Positions 23,371-36,673 of a stretch of 64,000 nt of DNA are shown piece by piece. Numbering within the stretch: the first letter of the stretch is position 1; every line of letters begins with the position of its first letter. Below the pieces are notes generated by a model. It saw nothing but the letters and a program-made list of their open reading frames with translations. It was not told where the DNA came from and made no database searches. The position numbers were made by a program, and so were the translations under genes. The stretch covers positions 65,844,001 to 65,908,000 of the forward strand of contig NC_042997.1 of NCBI RefSeq assembly GCF_006345805.1, given 5' to 3'. The stretch is from Octopus sinensis (lineage: Eukaryota).

Positions 23371-24271
23371 CATACATACATACATACATACATACATAAT
23401 TCTTAATTTAATGTTTAAATTACCTATAATTTTTAATTGTATGCTCACTATCTGATAAAAATCCTTAACGTGATTTTATCCTTATATTCTAGTATATGAG
23501 GGTGACCCCCTTCGATCATGAATGACCATGGGATTGCACATCGAAAGTTACCCTCCGAGGCACGAGTCTGGGCACGGCTGTTTATGGAAGACCAGCAGTC
23601 GCCCATCATACCAGCCTCTCTACTCCACGCCACTGATACTATCCAAGGGAGAGGCAAAGGCCGATACAGCTTGGCACCAATAACATCGCAATTCATTTCT
23701 ACAGTTGAGTGAAATGGAAGAACGTGAAATAAAGTGTCTTGCTCAAGAAAACAACACACACTCCGGTCGGGGAATCGAATTCACAACCTCGACGCTATAA
23801 CCACTGAGCCATGCGCCTTCACTACGTGTGTATATATATATATATATATATATTGATAGGTAGATAGACAGATAGATAGATAGATTATGTATATTTGTGT
23901 GTGTGCATGCGCGTGTGAATATATGTATGAAGGGACATATATATATTGTTAGAGATCAACTTAAAAGAAAATAGGATAAAGGACAGCGACGTGATACAAG
24001 TCACATGAAACAAAATCAAAAGATGTACTTAAACAGTAGTGTCCATATATCTGTTATTGATATTGAGATCATGGCGATTTTGGTACTTCAAGAAGCATCT
24101 GTATCTCTAGCGATTAGGAATGTCGCAAGTACAAACACATAACCGTGTTTCGGAATAATACATATGTACTAGAAATGGCTATTAATTCATTTTATATATA
24201 TTAATCTTAACCAAGCCTTTGAATATCATTCGATTTATTTCATCATATATAAATATATAGATAGATAGATA

Positions 24272-24310
<39 letters not shown>

Positions 24311-25686
24311 ATGATATATATATGACGCATACTTATATATAGGATATATATATGTATATGTATATGTAATGTACATATGTATGAATGCCTGGCGAATAAA
24401 CAACTTGCAATTCTATTTCATAGTTGCTAGATAGTAAGATATCTAGTCAACTAGTCCTGCAAATATATACATGCATACTCACATGCACACACACACACAT
24501 ATATATATATGTATGCATGTATATATATATAGTGTAAATAACTTAGAACATCAGAAAAGATAAACCAGAAAATATAATTAATGAAGTAAAAATAAAGAAT
24601 AATAGAGAAATAGGTAGAAGTAATAATTGCGACACTTGCGAAACGAAAATTATGCCCGTTAATAATTGAATTGCAAAATTAAAATGTGGTTTTCCGGTGC
24701 AAAGTAATTTCAGAACAGGTGTATTTCTACATAGGTGCTACTTCTAGTTTTATGAAACGCAGAATAGCGAATCCCGAATTATCGTTTCGGGATAAAAATA
24801 GGAAGAATACGATTTGAAGCAAATTTATTTGATCGCTAAAAGATAATAACTGAACAGACACAATTAGCTGTGAAATAACTAGTAGAACTAAACCTTATTA
24901 TAGAGGAAGAAAACACTATGAACCTGATGTTGAGGAAATATACCAAATTTTTACCTCAAAATTTAATCTGATAACCAAAGGCAAGAACGCGGTACAAGAT
25001 GTGTTCATACACCTAAATATACCTTTAAGAAGTTTAAGTAAACGCATCGCACTAACTACTAGAATTAGAATAAAAAGTAAGTAAATTAAAAAACAGGTAA
25101 TGAACTTGAATTAAGTGAACACCTCGAAAAATAAAAATAAATTTTAAAACTTTTTAAGAGTTGAAGAATAAGATTACGTTTAATGATATTAACTATAAAC
25201 AAGATATTCAATTTAATATAATAAAACAAAACAATTATAAACCTATAGATTAATAATTATAAAAAGAAATAATAAGCTAGAAATGTAATTGAATACTTCA
25301 AAAAAATAAGAATACTCTTCTAAATTAGAAAAATGGTAAGTTGTCTCTAATACTAAGGAACCCACAGGAACTTTGACCTATTTCAAGACTAAACCCAGTA
25401 ATAAATACCTAACAGGCGGAGGTGATCTTCAGATAGTAACACCAAAATATTCCTAAACGATTCCTGTTTGGTCAGTTTCATAGATTTCTTTAGATGATCT
25501 TTGAATGGCAGCAAACAACGGGTCCTGAAGAAGCTGCACCAACAATTAAAACCAAGATGCACACACAACAATGTGCAGCGGATGCATCCGAAATGTTATG
25601 TAGGTCCAAGGGAAGAATGCTGCAATAACAGTATAATAAAATATGGATATGTAAACCTCCGTTCCCCTGATCGTTATTAATTTCAT

Positions 25687-25726
<40 letters not shown>

Positions 25727-25804
25727 TATGGGGACCTGGCTTGGCTTAGTCTAAGATTTGAAACTGAATCCACTCGCTTGTTACTTGTCCATTATTATTA
25801 TTAT

Positions 25805-25878
<74 letters not shown>

Positions 25879-25892
25879 TTGTTATTATTATT

Positions 25893-26224
25893 ACTGGAAA
25901 GCCCCAACAGCAAGTCTTTTGAAAGATGGGTGAATATTGAAGAATGGCAAGTGTGAAAGGACCAGTTCTGAGTTTACACCTGTGAAGAAATAAAAGAAGG
26001 GCGCTTGCCCTATTGGTCAGGCACCCGTGGCTTTTGTGAGTTTTTCCACGAGTAACTTTTAAAGCGCCTTCCTTTATTGGGAGATTTTGTAGTTTAATTT
26101 GTGTCTGTTATTTACTGCGTACACCAACCTGAAAACCCATTGCATTGTATTGTATTGTCTTTTATGTTGTTGCATGTCCTTTTATGTTTGTTTATATTAG
26201 CCCTGGTGGCCAATAAAGGAATAA

Positions 26225-26225
<1 letters not shown>
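25893..26225 (+). mobile_element. Probable L1/Tx1-type LINE 3' fragment
   Basis: Remnant SLFERWV, a T-rich 3' UTR ending gccctggtggccaataaagg, then an (ATT)n tail. Classification is from recalled similarity only. Confidence 0.4.
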
Positions 26226-26272
<47 letters not shown>

Positions 26273-26735
26273 GAGTGAGAGAGCAGTGCATGCCATCAAA
26301 GTGACACTGGGGTAAAATATACGAAACCCAGTATACCCATCATGACTACCTGTCTGATAAGGGTACACCAGACACATGCATCACAACCATATGTGCGCGA
26401 CATGGTGATCTCTTATCAAGATAAACAGCACATGACCTTGCCGGTGGAACCCAGTTAGAATTTTATTCTGGTCGAGTAACCCATCCCGCTCAAAAGGTCC
26501 CTGGATAAGGTTTGTTTAAGGATGATGAACGAAACACCCAAAGAATTCCTCTCAACGCATAGCAGTAATGCTCCCCCACTACTTCTGCTCGTGATCAAGC
26601 AAATCTATGGTATTCAGCAGAATATTTGCTGTAGCCCATCTTTTATACCAAGACAAAACAATGTACATGATGATACTTCCAATCAGTTAAGATCAGAAGC
26701 CATGAGAGCCACTGCCTGGTACAGCATCAGGACAT
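26273..26735 (-). mobile_element. Unclassified ~0.5-kb non-coding interspersed element bounded by (AAT)n; second copy at 49331-49850 (+)
   Basis: Two homologous copies end ...catgcactgctctctcactc followed by (AAT/AAC)n. No credible ORF. The 26.5 kb copy has two internal deletions relative to the 49.5 kb copy. Confidence 0.7.
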
Positions 26736-26748
26736 TATTATTATTATT

Positions 26749-26801
<53 letters not shown>

Positions 26802-26831
26802 TATTATTATTATTATTATTTTATTATTATT

Positions 26832-27382
26832 CAGTAGTTTTATTTTTATAGCGTGCTTTCACTTCACTACCGAGCGCAGCTCTGTGTGCCTTGGGTATGT
26901 GCTGTGATTTATTGTGATGCTCTGATGGTTATTGTATGGAAAGTGTTCTGCGTAGGATGTGTGCAGTGCCTAGTAGTGCAATTTTCTGTATGTTATATGT
27001 GTTTGTAGTCCTGGTGTTTTTGTTATGTATTTGTCTGAATATTTTTTTATCATGCCTAATGCGCCTACTATGATAGGAATTGTTTCTGTTTTCAGGTTCC
27101 ACATTCTAGTTACCTCTATTTCCAGGTCTTTGTATTTTGAGAGTTTCTCCATTTCTTTTAGAGACACGTTGTCATCTGCCGGTATTGATACATCAATTAG
27201 AAAGCATTTTTTTTCTTCATGATCTCTGACAACTATATCTGGTCTGTTGGCCTTAATTTCTCTATCTGTGTGTATCGGCATATCCCAGAGTATGGTTGCT
27301 TTCTCGTTTTCTGTGACCTTTTCTGGTGTGTGTCTATACCATCTTTTTTCTGTTGTTATTCCATTCTTTTTTCTGTTGTTAT

Positions 27383-27385
<3 letters not shown>
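26832..27385 (-). mobile_element. R4/Dong-clade non-LTR retrotransposon, 5'-truncated: RLE endonuclease domain plus 3' UTR, flanked by (TAA)n on both sides
   Basis: WYRHTPEKVTENEKATILWDMPIHTDREIKANRPDIVVRDHEEKKCFLIDVSIPADDNVSLKEMEKLSKYKDL...PIIVGALG fits the PD-(D/E)xK RLE pattern. A 1-bp deletion near 27007 shifts off the LQKIALLGTAHILRR tail, with the stop at 26929-26931. Confidence 0.9.
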
Positions 27386-27430
<45 letters not shown>

Positions 27431-27489
27431 TATCATTATTATTATTATTGTTGTTGTTGTTGTTGTTGTTGTTGTTATTATTATTATTA

Positions 27490-27640
27490 CCGTTCTGATT
27501 TCAAATTCCGCCGAGGTGAACTTTGCTTTTCATCCTTTCAAAGACGATAAATTAAGTACCAGTTGAGTACTGGGGTCTATGTAATCAACTAGTCCCCTCC
27601 AAAAGTTCAGGCCTTGTACCTTTAGTAGAAATGATTATTA
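27490..27640 (+). mobile_element. 5'-truncated copy of the abundant SINE
   Basis: ttctgatttcaaattccgccgaggtgaactttgcttttcatcctttc...ggccttgtacctttagtagaaa followed by (ATT)n. Confidence 0.8.
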
Positions 27641-27931
27641 TTATTATTATCTCACATTCATTCAGCCTCTTTCCTCCTGCTATTTCATCATGCTGAACCG
27701 TTAAACCCTAAACATTTTTCTTCTCCGTTGTTTTTCCCCCCTGTTCTCTCTCCGTTTCTTTTTTTCCCCTCTTAATCCTTTCTGTCGAAGAACGTAGGCT
27801 CGAAACGTCAAAGACATTTCCATTCTTCCCGAGCACTAACCTAATACACCTGATTTTTCCTTCCCCTGTCTTTTGTTTTCTGTAAATTTGAACTACATGT
27901 ATATATATTGTGTGTGTATAATATATATATA

Positions 27932-27973
<42 letters not shown>

Positions 27974-28910
27974 TCAGAGATAAAACCACTATTAGGCAAA
28001 TCAAACAGTGAAAATCATAAGCCAATACATAGAAAAGAATTAATTAAAAAAATATAAAATATAAATATAGAAAATAAAAAATATAAAATTCCAAATTAAA
28101 ATATTTAAATTAAAGTTAAAATTTTAAAAATTATTTTAATAATTTAAACTTATCAATTTTAAATATATATATATATATATATTATTTTTTTTTATTATTT
28201 TATTATTTTATTTTATTTATTTATTTATTTATATATTTTTTTCGTAAATTATATAACTATCAAAAAGTATTAAAAGTTTAATATAAATAGTAAAAACACT
28301 ACGATCGTTTCATGCCCGTAACTAATTCGAATAACAATAATTTAAATTCAATTAATAATTCGAATTATGGTAACAGTCAATCTTCAGGTTAATTGTAATA
28401 TTTTAATAAGTAAACAGAAATATTTAAACAATATTTTTAAGGAATAAATAATATAATAATTTTACTTATAAAAACTCTATTATCAAACTAGAAACTTAAC
28501 GATTATGATTAAATCAAAACATCAATTATAAAGTTAAATATTAATTTTAATTTTTAAGTATTAATTTTTAAGGTAAGAAACCCACCAATAATCTAATATC
28601 AGTAATAGTCAATATCTAATTACATAAATATTTTACAAAAAAACTATTATATTATTAAAAATATAAAATTCAAATAATATATAAATTATCAATGAAAATA
28701 TATAAATGTATATAAATATTATAATTAAGATCTAAAATAATCTCTATAAATATATATATGCACGTATAATAAAGATCTAATAAATTAATTTTTCATATTT
28801 AAAGATGAAATAGCTAATTTCAAAAAAACAAACAAACAATCTTATACGAACGCTATATCAAATTAACTATCTTTATATCTCGTTGGCTGAATAATAACTT
28901 TCAGAAACCT

Positions 28911-28986
<76 letters not shown>

Positions 28987-29659
28987 GGTATTTTTCAAGC
29001 ACTCTGGTTTAACCTAAGTTGTGGCAAACTGCATTGAATGGTAAGGAATAACCTAGGGTTATTCGATGTAAACAATCGCAATGTAATTCATCCGATGGGC
29101 AAATCTCGACTTCGTTTCGTTGAATTATAAACACTTTATTGAATGTATATCCAATACAATTCAAATAAATAAGGAGACTAATACATCTACACAGTTTTTA
29201 TTATTACATTAATTTATATAGCATATTTAATTTAAATCTCTGTCCGACATATGCTTCTGCTACATAGATATCTTGCGATGTCGTTTACATTTGCATCCAG
29301 TTTGTTCATCTGGTTAAGGATCTGCGGAGTTTTATTCAAGGTGTTACCACTATCATAGTTTGAAGCGAACTGAGGTATGATGGTTTAGATAGTATTACAT
29401 TTAGTAGGAGACGATAATTTCTGAGTGCAAAGAATTAGAGAGGAATAATTAGAAACTTGATTCGGTTATAAAATCCGTCATTAGACTGACCCTATGATGA
29501 CCCTGAGATTTGTATTTCGAATCGTGAATACTAGATACTAGATACCAGGCCAGAGTATATTTCATCCACTTGCCTTAAGCGAAGTGAATAGGAATAAATT
29601 TCAGTGATAGGTATATACAATGAAGGGTCACTAAGCCAAATAGTATTTAGAAATATAAA

Positions 29660-30522
29660 ATATGCAGAATTTATTTGTAAGACCAGAGTGTTGCACAAAT
29701 GTTAGAATTTTTAGCAATACAGATCAACAGCTGGATGTATTGGTGAATAGTCGACAGCATTAGAGAGCATAAATAGTAAAGTTGTAGGTGAGAAAAAGTT
29801 AGCTGACATGGAGGCCTGGAAGCCATCTGAATATTGGAAATTAGTTACCCGTATCATGACGATTCGCACCGAGTTTCAAAATGCCGACATCATGACTGCT
29901 GTTCAATGTTCTTTGGACAATGTAAGATGTTACATGACATCATGAAAACCAAGTTCCCCCAAAACTGGGATTTGTCTTTGAATGTATCTCCAATGAGAAT
30001 GACATCATGTCACTTTGAACATGGCCTTAGGCTCCATTCAGACGTCTACGTGAAGCTGCTGGAGTCTATGGTCAAACCGTAGATGGTGAAGGTTGCTTCT
30101 GGAAGGCCATACCTCTGAAGCAAGTCAGAAGTGGTTGTTGGAGAATTTCTACGACTTCACCAGCCCCAATTTCTGGCCTCCTAATTCCCCGATTGTAATT
30201 CTATGGATTACTATGTGTAGAGAACAATTGAACAAGATACCAACTGCTCCACCTGTAACACCATGGCTGAGCTGGTGGCCAACATATCAAGCAGGTATTT
30301 GATGATGTTCCCAGAGACACAATAAGGAACGCATGCGACAGGTTCCGGAGCTGTCTTGAAGTCATGCTGTACGGTGAGGGCGGATACTTTGAATAAACTA
30401 CTGTCTCCAAGTCATAATATAGTTGATATTTTTTGATTTCATAAATGAAATTTATGTTTGGCTGGAATATTGTGTTTTATTTTTCTTTCATGCAAACTGT
30501 CAAATTTAACCTGAACACCTTA
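29660..30522 (+). mobile_element. maT/DD37D-like (IS630-Tc1-mariner) transposon remnant, internally deleted
   Basis: Fragments MKTKFP, GLRLHSDVYVKLLESMVKP, HTSEASQKWLLENFYDFTSPNFWPPNSP, MDYYV and NACDRFRSCLEV...EGGYFE*. The right TIR-like end is caaactgtcaaatttaacctgaacaccttata. Confidence 0.8.
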
Positions 30523-31496
30523 TATCTGTGTGTGTGTGTGTGTGCATGTGTGTTTGTCTGTATGTATGCATGTATGTATGTGTGTATATATATATATGTA
30601 TGTATATACGCGCGCGCGTATATAGGAATGTGTGTGCGTGCGTGTGCGTATGTAATTATCGTTTCGGCTGAGTTGCTGAGGATAAAACCATTCCTTCTCT
30701 CCAAGCAACCCTGTCTTCCATGACATTTTTTGAGGTCTTCAATTTATAACTCGATATCAGGAGAGAGTTGATTAATGTACGTCATTCGGGACTGTCGGGC
30801 ATGAGAATTCTTATGTCTCAGGATCCACACTAATTCAGTTTTGCTTCTTTGCTTCGATAGCAGGGATCAGCATATCTTGTCCTCTGCTCTTGAATAATTG
30901 ATGATGTTTTGGAGATATTTCCATAAAATTCTTCCTTCGTCGAGAAAAGAACGCAACTTCCGTGTATAAGTGACATCAAGTTAGTTTTCTATCTGTATTT
31001 TTCGTTTTGTTTTTTTTTGTTTTGTTTTTTGTTTGTTTGTGTTTTTTTTCTTTTGTCAGTGTCCATGCTGATGAACCTTAAAGAACTGATTCCACTATGA
31101 CTCTAAATAATTCCCTTTCCATCCAATCAGGCAGCGTAGACTTTCAAATTATTCTTCATTTGTCCAGTGCACTGTGTGCTTTTGCTATGTGGATTGATAT
31201 ATTTTATTCGGTGGTTGAGATGTCACTTCCAAAGTATTTTTTATCTGTTTTTCTTTTACTTCTTTCAGTCAGTAGACTGCGGCCATGCTTAGTTATGGAG
31301 ACGTAAATGAACCAACACCGATTGTCAAGCAGTAGTGGGGAACAAACACAGCCTCAAACACACACACACACACACACACACACGTATATAAGTGTGACTA
31401 GAGTGTTAGGAAACACACACATTGCTAGAAATAAGAGGTAGGCTGTAGTTAACGCACAAGAATGAAAACATATACGCTAACAGGGATCATAATCAT

Positions 31497-31597
31497 CCGG
31501 AAAGGGCCGATCGAGAATTCTTAATACTGACGCGTCAGTTTCGGCAATTTCCGTTGCCTCATCAGTTAAGGCCGCTCGATTGTTCGGCTCTTTCCGG
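31497..31597 (-). ncRNA. Type I hammerhead ribozyme with an intact consensus core and extended stem I
   Basis: The minus strand reads CCGGAAAG-A-GCCG-AACA-ATCGAG-CGGC-CTTAA-CTGATGA-GGCAA-CGGAAA-TTGCC-GAAA-CTGACGCGTCAG-TA-TTAAG-AATT-CTCGAT-CGGC-C-CTTTCCGG. It has the core CUGAUGA/GAAA, a 5-bp stem II, a palindromic stem III and a GUA triplet. Predicted cleavage is between 31525 and 31524. Confidence 0.88.
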
Positions 31598-31960
31598 ACT
31601 CGCTTTGCCATTATTTATGTTTCCGTCATCCAAGTTGTTGGATGATTTAGCGATTCTCTAGTGTGTATATAGAAAATTAATATAAGCAACAGTTTCACAT
31701 GTTTCGCCCAAAACATATATATATTTCGTTTTTGGATTTGGTTTGCAAGATTCTTTATATGAGTTCGTGTGTTGAAGCATATTCTGTTGTGTCTGGGGAG
31801 AGTTATTTTGTTTTTGTGCCTTATAATGTAACATACTCACCGGTAAAATTTCCCCTTATTTCTTATTTTTATTTTCCTAAAATTTTCGTTGCATCTTGCA
31901 ACCTTTTCAGTAGTCAAGTCTATTGACAAAAAGAAAATGACTTTCCCCATACACAACATG

Positions 31961-32031
<71 letters not shown>

Positions 32032-32199
32032 ATATACGAGGGACTTCTTTCAGTCTCCGTCAACCAAATCCACTCACAAGGCTTTGGTAGGCCGAGGCTA
32101 TCGTAGAAGACACTTTTCAAGGTGCCACGCTGCGGGACTCAACCGGGAACTATGTGGTTGAGAAGCAAACTTCTTACTACACAGCCACGCCTGCGTGTA

Positions 32200-32530
32200 T
32201 AAGTGAAACACTCGACATTTTTTCAGAAGTGATCTGCTTAATGAACTGATCTGACCGTTCTGGTTAAACCACATGTATTCAGTCTTCCCTCATTCAGATA
32301 ATGACTGGTCCCAGAAGCTAGCTCTTCTAATGCATGCAGTAGCTTCTCAGCATCTGTTACCCTTGTCGGTAAATACCGATTGGACATCTGCATAATCAGC
32401 ATCAGTGATCTTCCTAACTGGATACCTCCTACTTCTAGTTTTCTGTAGAGTAAGATCGCTGTTATCGTGAAGATCAAAAAACACTTCCGTAATGTATCTT
32501 CTCGTTTCGTGTAAAGTAAAGCAGCAAATT
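32200..32530 (-). mobile_element. RTE-clade LINE reverse transcriptase fragment
   Basis: LTLQKTRSRRYPVRKITDADYAD followed, after a frameshift, by AEKLLHALEELASG...YLNE (RTE YADD region). Confidence 0.75.
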
Positions 32531-32699
32531 AACTTCATTAATACTAACGGGACCCGTGAAAACTTCACAGAAAATAAAAAATGTAAGCATCTGTAAATAG
32601 TGACTTCATTTAATAACTATCGAATAATTATGTATAAGCAGGACCCTGGGAAATTCTACGAAATACAAAAAATGTAAGCGTCTTTGAAAGATTGTCCTA

Positions 32700-33990
32700 T
32701 GATAAATACAGATAATGTATCCGTTATTGAATACATAAATTTCAATGAAATACGAATTGGTGGGACTTGCCTATTAAAATTTCTGCCAAGTGCAATCAAA
32801 TTCTGATATAGTTTGGAACAGAAAACAAAAATCATGCGCAATCATACAGATCGAGAACATGTCGACGAGAACATTTCTTCCAAAATCTGTGAGGAGACTA
32901 CTTATGGAAAATTGCTTCGAAACCTGCAGTTTCTCTGCCAGGATAATATATTCACATTGCACCATTAATTATTGGTGCATTTGACTTTGTTTAGAAACAA
33001 ACTCGAAAAGATAAAATTTCTAATCACAGGAAGTATTCAGCTTATCTGTATTTACCATAGGACAATCTTTCCTACGTATGGCATTGCATATTCTTATAGC
33101 AATGTGCTTGGGCAGCTGCTGATCATTTTTATGCTTTCCACAAAATTGTCACATAATAGACATTTGCTGTTATATCTTGAGTTTAATAAGTTTCGGTCGC
33201 TTTAATTTTCATTAGGTATTTCGTAGCTCTGTCCTGATCAAGAATTGCTGAAACATAGCCTTCCAACTGTAACGTAATGTAATGGTATTGAGTCCAAAAC
33301 AGACCACATTGAATATATATTATTTTGTCCCTCAAGTATTCGGGGAAATATACTCACACGTAGCATTTTTTTCTTTTGTGGTATTCACAATATTTTCTTC
33401 CATCTCTTGCAATTCTAGGTCCGCAGGAAGGTCGTCAGGATATGAGTTCTTGAGGAGTTTACTATCGGCCTGCAGGATGTTATACTTTTAACTTTTGAGC
33501 ATTTTGTTGATGTATATGTTTTTGTGGCCGTTGTTTAGCAGATGCTCTATATATTATAACCTGTAACTGTCCTCCATTGATGTTGCGACTAGCCGCCTGG
33601 CTGATTAAAAATCTGGTTATACGCAACTAAGGCAGTATTTAATTAAAACACCTATTTACGTATCATACTTAATGCACAAACTGTCAAGAAGCCAGTTACT
33701 GCAGTATTTATTCTGAGATAACATTTCTTTAGGACTTGTGTTAAAAAAAGAGGGACAAAATTAAACCCCAGCAGCTCTCGTCTACATACACACACACTAT
33801 AATAAATCTGCCCATCAGTGTTCAGCTGTTCGATCAAATGAATACAAGGTTATAGCCAGTTCTCCCTGACGAAACAAAGTGAATGGCTTTCTTGCAGGTT
33901 GGAATATTCCTCAAGCATATTTGAACTGGAAATAACCTTGTATTTATCTACATCACTGCTTAGCGCAGCCATTTAGTAATTTGTCTGCAG
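32700..33990 (-). mobile_element. Heavily degenerate RLE-type (R4/R2-like) non-LTR retrotransposon remnant
   Basis: Remnants EGYVSAILDQ (cf. ETEGxxxAIQDQ) and YNSKCLLCDNFVESIKMISSCP (cf. the CCHC finger KCRLCxxxxETIxHIxSxCP) occur at ~33110-33270. There are many stops and frameshifts, so the boundaries are uncertain. Confidence 0.5.
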
Positions 33991-34375
33991 TGAGCCACCG
34001 ATTAGCGCTACCAGACATTGTACGATGATGGGAATGTCATAAGAGATACAATCTTATCCGTTCGCAGCACTCCCTGTCCATCTTCTGTGACTGAAGAGGC
34101 GACAACCACGCGAAAATGCTCACCTCCCACAGTCTGGATCGGTGTACTGCATGTGGCTTTCTTATGGGTTCGAATATACCCCACTGTGTATTTATATTGC
34201 TTAACTCTGCTCTCCACCCCTTCCCAGTCGAATTACTTGGCACATAAAATTAGCTGAGTATTCTATAAACGTGTGTGGTTCCAATGCCGCTGGTGTAAAT
34301 ATAAAACCATCCAGATTTCTGAGTACCTCATTTCTTCTAATATATAATACCTGTACATCATCTCCAAACCTTCTA

Positions 34376-34456
<81 letters not shown>

Positions 34457-34685
34457 ATGCGTGTGTGGGTGTATGTGTGTGTATATATATGTAATTTATT
34501 TTTTAGAGATAAATTTTCTCTATATATAGAAGACACACCGAAGCGCTCAACACATTTGAGCCATAGGAAAAATAGGAAATGTAATGACGAGAAGCAAATG
34601 ACGGGTTACCAATGCACACATGATAAAATATATTGTTATAAAAATATTATGTGCACAAAATCGTACCATAAATATCTATAGATAT

Positions 34686-35500
34686 AAAAATACATTAATA
34701 CAAATACACAAAAGACATTAAGATTATACAAATATATAGTCCTACTTACAATAAAAACGATATTAATAATATATAAATAGAATGGGTGGAGTATAAAATC
34801 GGTGTCGAATGTTATAAATACATAAAGAAGGTTATAAGTCTTTAAAGTCCGACGCCATTTCTGGGGGCATAGTGGTCCAAAGATATAATAGATTCTAAAG
34901 TCCATTAATTCAAACCACCGCCTCCTTCTTCGGGGAAATTACCGATAGGTTTACATTTGTTATGCGGATGGGGGAATTCAAAATTGACAGACTTTATAAA
35001 GAGCTACACTAATCATTAAGGGACGTGGGTGTTGGGTGTTTTTTTTTTAATAGAGAAGTGAGAGGGGAGAATATACAACTATTAAGACGAAGCTATTAAT
35101 AATATTAGAGGTGGAAGGTTAGCGGAGAAGATATGATCCAAGCTTTTACAATTCAGATTTAATTGAATAATAATTTATTGTGTTAGCCAAATGTCTATGG
35201 GTCGAATGATATCTGGGTCTACAAGAGAAGATAACATCTAAAAATATATTGGACATTGAAGAATTATACCAAAAACAAAGGAAAAACACCTAACACCCAC
35301 ACTCCTTAATGATAAAGGTAGCTCTTTACAAAGTCTGTCAATTTTGAATTCGACCACATCTACATAACAGATGTAAACCTATTCGGTTGGTAACTTCCCT
35401 GAAGAAGGAGACAGTGGTTTGAATTAATGGACTTTAGAATTTGTATAATCTTAATATATTTTTAGTTTATTTGTATTTATATATTTACATATTTTTAACG
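34686..35500. repeat. Degenerate foldback: inverted arms ~34893-35047 and ~35281-35437, with weaker outer arms
   Basis: tctaaagtccattaattcaaaccac...ccttcttc is the reverse complement of gaagaagg...gtggtttgaattaatggactttaga. Similarity is about 85% by eye. Confidence 0.75.
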
Positions 35501-35756
35501 TATTTTTGATATATATCTATATATTTCTGTTGTACAATTTTGTGCACATATTTTTATAACGGAATATATTTTGTTGTGCCTGGGGAGAGTCATTCTCTTT
35601 TAGTGCCTTATTATTTAACACACTCACCGGTAAAATTTCCACTTATTTCTTATTTTTATTTCCTAAAATTTTCGTTGCGTCTTGCAACCTTTTCAATAGT
35701 CTTGACTATATATTTTATTATATGTGTATTAGTAACTCGTCTTTTGCTTCTCATCA

Positions 35757-35802
<46 letters not shown>

Positions 35803-36012
35803 ACCACGTGACCGACCAGACCATCAGATGTTGTTACACATCGCTGGTCACAATGCGTTCGCATTGTTTTAGCCTTTGAATGACGCCACCCCGCTGGCTA
35901 AGCGAGCAGGCCAATATGTATATATATATTGTGCACATATTTTTATAACGGAAACTATTTTATTATATGTGTATTAGTAACTCGTCTTTTGCTTCTCATC
36001 ATTATTTTTCTT

Positions 36013-36068
<56 letters not shown>

Positions 36069-36099
36069 TTAACAGTCGTTTTCATAGCATATTTTAATT

Positions 36100-36170
36100 G
36101 CCTCGATAACTGAAGGGATACCGGTGCAAGTTTCCGTCCCGACATCCGAAACTCGGAGTTTTATTATGGT
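36100..36170 (+). ncRNA. Degenerate hammerhead-like motif (copy 2 of the 2377-2447 repeat)
   Basis: GATAA-CTGAAGG-GATA...CATC-C-GAAAC-TCGGA-GTT-TTATT. GAAAC and the palindromic stem III ACTCGGAGT are intact, while core A9 is changed to G. Confidence 0.45.
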
Positions 36171-36608
36171 AACCGAATAATTGTTACATATTATATTACA
36201 TATATATATATATATAATATATATAGATAGATAGATAGATAGATTACATCTCAAAGCACATCACATAAAGCTAAAAGCATTCACATGCTATTATCTATAG
36301 CTTTATATGATGTACGACATGATCCAATGTTCCAAAAAAAGGAATTATTTCACATTCTCTCGAAAGTTTACAAAATTCATAAGATTACAGCAAATATGAA
36401 TGTATGTATATATACATATACAGATACATACTTACATACATTGATACATACATACATGCACACATATATACGTGCATGCACACTTACATACATGCAACCA
36501 TACCCATACATATACATACAAACAATACATGCATATACATACACACACACACACACATATACATACACACACACACACATATACATACACACACACACAC
36601 ATATACAT

Positions 36609-36673
<65 letters not shown>

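Larger units (their letters stand above)
21359..27006. repeat. Tandem segmental duplication, copy 2 (no CR1; extra ~0.9 kb at ~25880-26820)
   Basis: Collinear with copy 1. It starts at AGTCC 21359-21363, which equals 11899-11903. Confidence 0.92.

Noticed and set aside
34085-34125. CTGAAGA-GGCG-acaacca-CGC-GAAA
   Set aside because: No convincing stem III or NUH plus stem I follows, so it is not called a ribozyme.
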